DNA of 64,000 nucleotides from the human T2T-CHM13v2.0 reference genome, Homo sapiens. The position numbers and the translations under genes were made by a program. The stretch lies in assembly GCF_009914755.1 (NCBI RefSeq), contig NC_060925.1; one strand, 5' to 3'. Below are positions 60,701-64,000 of this stretch, piece by piece. Under the pieces are notes generated by a model. That model saw nothing but the letters and a program-made list of their open reading frames with translations. It was not told the origin of the DNA and did no database searches. The first letter of the stretch is position 1, and each line of letters begins with the position of its first letter.

Positions 60701-63034
60701 TTATCCTCAAATGGAATCGAATGGAATTATCGAATGCAATCGAATGGAATTATCGAATGCAATCGAATAGAATCATCGAATGGACTCGAATGGAATCATC
60801 GAATGGAATGGAATGGAATAGTCAATGAACTCGAATGGAATCATCATTGAATGGAATCGAATGGAATCATCGAGTGGAATCGAATGGAATTATGATCAAA
60901 TGGAATCGAATGTAATCATCATCAAATGGAATCAAAAAAAACCATCATCAATTGGTATTGAATGGAATTGTCATCAAATGGAATTCAAAGGAATTATCAT
61001 CAAATGGAACCGAATGGAATCCTCATTGAATGAAAATGAAAGGGGTCATCATCTAATGGAATCGCATGGAATCATCATCAAATGGAATCGAATGGAATCA
61101 TCATCAAATGGAATCTAATGGAATCATTGAAAAGAATTGAATGGAATCGTCATCTAATGAATTGAATGCAATCATCGAATGGTCTCGAATGGAATCATCT
61201 TCTAATGGAAAGGAATGGAATCATCGCATAGAATCGAATGGAATTATCATCGAATGGAATCGAATGGTATCAACACCAAACGGAAAAAAACGGAATTTTC
61301 GAATGGAATCGAAGAGAATCTCCGAACGGACCCGAATGGAATCATCTAATGGAATGGAATGGAATAATCCATGGACTCGAATGCAATCATCATCGAATGG
61401 AATCGAATGGAATCATCGAATGGACTCGAATGGAATAATCATTGAACGGAATCGAATGGAATCATCATCGGATGGAAACGAATGGAATCATCATCGAATG
61501 GAAATGAAAGGAGTCATCATCTAATGGAATTTCATGGAATCATCATAAAATGGAATCGAATGGAATCAACATCAAATAGAATCAAATGGAATCATTGAAC
61601 GGAATTGAATGGAATCGTCGTCGAATGAATTGAATGCAATCATCGAATGGTCTCGAATGGAATCACCTTCAAATGGAATGGAATGGAATCATCGCATAGA
61701 ATCGAATGGAATTATCATCGAATGGAATCGAATGGAATCAACATCAAACGGAAAAAAACGGAATTATCGAATGGAATCGAAGAGAATCATCGAACGGACC
61801 CGAATGGAATCATCTAATGGAATGGAATGGAATAATCCTTGGACTCGAATGCAATCATCATCGAATGGAATCGAATGGAATCATCGAATGGACTCGAATG
61901 GAATAATCATTGAACGGAATCGAATGGAATCATCATCGGATGGAAACGAATGGAATCATCATCGAATGGAAATGAAAGGAGTCATCATCTAATGGAATTG
62001 CATGGAATCATCATAAAATGGAATCGAATGGAATCAACATCAAATGGAATCAAATGGAATCATTGAACGGAATTGAATGGAATCGTCATCGAATGAATTG
62101 AATGCAATCATCGAATGGTCTCGAATGGAATCATCTTCAAATGGAATGGAATGGAATTATCGAATGCAATCGAATGGAATTATCGAATGCAATCGAATGG
62201 AATTATCGAATGCAATCGAATAGAATCATCAAATGGACTCGAATGGAATCATCGAATGGAATGGAATGGAACAGTCAATGAACTCGAATGGAATCATCAT
62301 TGAATGGAATCGAAAGGAATCATCGAGTGGAATCGAATGGAATTATGATCAAATGGAATCGAATGTAATCATCATCAAATGGAATCAAAAATAACCATCA
62401 TCAATTGGTATTGAATGGAATTGTCATCAAATGGAATTCAAAGGAAACATCATAAAATGGAACCGAATGGAATCCTCATTGAATGGAAATGAAAGGCGTC
62501 ATCATCTAATGGAATCGCATGGAATCATCATCAAATGGAATCGAATGGAATCATCATCAAATGGAATATGATGGAATCATTGAACAGAATTGTATGGAAT
62601 CGTCATCGAATGAATTGAATGCAATCATCGAATGGTCTTGAATGGAATCATCATCTAATGGAAAGGAATGGAATCATCGCATAGAATCGAATGCAATTAT
62701 CATCGAATGGAATCGAATGGAATCAACATCAAACGGAAAAAAACGGAATTATCGAATGGAATCGAAGAGAATCATCGAATGGACCCGAATGGAATCATCT
62801 AATGGAATGGAATGGAATAATCCATGGACTCGAATGCAATCATCATCGAATGGAATCCAATGGAATCATCGAATGTACTCGAATGGAATAATCATTGAAC
62901 GGAATCGAATGGAATCATCATCGGATGGAAATGAATGGAATCATCATCGAATGGAATCGAATAGAATTATGGAATGAAATCCAGTGTGATCATCATCGAA
63001 TGGACCCGAATGGAATCATCATCCAACGGAAGCT
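45717..63034 (+). repeat. 8580-bp near-perfect tandem duplication (1331+2712+1776+2761)
   Basis: Every ORF from 45735 to 54315 recurs at +8580, and the sequence lines match directly. Identity is bounded by mismatches at 45716/54296 and 54455/63035. The only internal difference I noticed is 46358 A vs 54938 G. Confidence 0.93.
53557..53577 (+). other. Junction of an 814-bp deletion within 21-bp microhomology TCAAATGGAATGGAATGGAAT (second copy at 62137-62157)
   Basis: A module starting at 53497 reads straight into the distal half of a 1331-type core. In the intact locus the same 21-mer lies at 45494 and 46308, 814 bp apart. Confidence 0.85.
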
Positions 63035-64000
63035 TATGGAATCAACATCGAATGAATCAAATGGAAACACCATCGAATTGAAACGAATGGAATTATCATG
63101 AAATTGAAATGGATGGACTCATCATCGAATGGATTCGAATGGATTCACCGAATAAAATTGATTGAAATCATCATCAAATGGAATCCAATGGTATCATTGA
63201 ATGGAATCGAATGGAATCATCATCAGATGGAAATTAATGGAATCGTCATAGAATGGAATTGAATGGATTCATTGAATGGAATCAGATGGAATCATCGAAT
63301 GGACTGGAATGGAATCATTGAATGGACTCGAAAGGGATCATTATTGAATGGAATTGAATGGAATCATCTTATGGTCTCGATTGGAATCATTATCAAATGG
63401 AATCGAATGGAATCACCGAATAGAATCGAATGGAACAATCATCGAATGGACTCAAATGAAATTATCCTCAAATGGAATCGAATGGAATTATCGAATGCAA
63501 TCGAATGGAATTATCGAATGCAATCGAATAGAATCATCGAATGGACTCGAATGGAATCATCGAATGGAATGGAATGGAAAAGTCAATGAACACGAATGGA
63601 ATCATCACTGAATGGAATCGAATGGAATCATCGAGTGGAATCGAATGGAATTATGATCAAATGGAATCGAATGTAATCCTCATCAAATGGAATCAAAAAT
63701 AACCATCATCAATTGGTATTGAATGGAATTGTCATCAAATGGAATTCAAAGGAATCATCATCAAATGGAACTGAATGGAATCCTCATTGAATGGAAATGA
63801 AAGGGGTCATCATCTAATGGAATCGCATGGAATAATCATCAAATGGAATCGAATGGAATCATCATCAAATGGAATCTAATGGAAACATTGAACAGAATTG
63901 AATGGAATCGTCGTCGAAAGAATTGAATGCAATCATCGAATGGTCTCGAATGGAATCATATTGTAATGGAAACAAATGGAATCATCGCATAGAATCGAAT

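Larger units (their letters stand above)
1..64000 (+). repeat. Human satellite II (HSat2/HSATII) tandem array, ~1.77-kb unit type, most likely chr1q12 pericentromeric heterochromatin
   Basis: Continuous degenerate (GAATG)n with very frequent GAATCGAATGG and ATCATC motifs (reverse complement CATTCGATTC, typical of HSat2 rather than HSat3). The anchor ATGAAATTGAAATGGATGGACTC recurs at 1291, 3066, 4841, 6149, 7924, 9699, 11475 ... 60337, 63098, and 17 of 33 spacings are 1775-1776 bp. There is one GAATTC per unit (e.g. 627-632), matching the classical 1.77-kb EcoRI fragment of chr1 satellite II. Confidence 0.97.
38061..64000 (+). repeat. Subfamily-B block 2, containing the 8580-bp tandem duplication
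   Basis: Anchors at 38742, 41451, 43226, 45938, 47269, 49981, 51757, 54518, 55849, 58561, 60337, 63098, with B-type diagnostic variants. Confidence 0.85.

Noticed and set aside
43-63611. Numerous 60-178 aa ORFs rich in MES/NGI/EWN motifs
   Set aside because: They are translations of (GAATG)n-derived repeats in all three + frames, overlap each other, and are broken at random by SNPs and frameshifting indels. They show no recognisable domain or other sign of coding function.
1-64000. CRISPR-like repeat/spacer array
   Set aside because: There are no unique spacers (the sequence between recurring motifs is itself the same satellite) and no cas genes.
1-64000. HSat3, alpha satellite or telomeric repeat
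   Set aside because: Pure GGAAT runs are only about 3-4 copies long and CATTCGATTC/ATC motifs dominate, as in HSat2. There is no 171-bp monomer, CENP-B box or TTAGGG tract.
1-64000. Promoters, polyA signals (AATAAA once per unit, e.g. 36-41) and heat-shock elements
   Set aside because: These short motifs are expected by chance in an A-rich repeat. The GAA units are mostly head-to-tail rather than alternating inverted nGAAn arrays, and there is no transcript evidence in the sequence.
1-64000. Embedded mobile element, inversion or unique-sequence island
   Set aside because: I read the window through and found no non-satellite tract, poly(A) tail, target-site duplication or switch to CATTC orientation.

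Overview
The whole 64 kb window is one uninterrupted, single-orientation array of human Satellite II (HSat2/HSATII). The + strand is the GAATG strand, with the typical GAATCGAATGGAATCATC / CATTCGATTC motif. The dominant period is 1775-1776 bp with one EcoRI site per unit, which matches the classical chromosome 1q12 pericentromeric HSat2 (pUC1.77/D1Z1-type) array. That chromosome assignment is an inference. I see no genes, RNA genes, transposons or CRISPR arrays, and every ORF in the track is a translation of satellite DNA, so there is no evidence for a novel protein-based system. What the window does show is nested architecture. Units follow the rule 840 bp + n x 468 bp (1308, 1775/6, 2709/12 bp), and two sequence subfamilies alternate in blocks about 27.3 kb apart. 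There is a 4858-bp higher-order repeat and a near-perfect 8580-bp tandem duplication. Smaller features include an 814-bp microhomology-bounded deletion, 147-, 26- and 23-bp internal duplications, mosaic units, and a mutation cluster beside a breakpoint. Spacings were derived from ORF-track anchors and by-eye comparison, not computed alignments.
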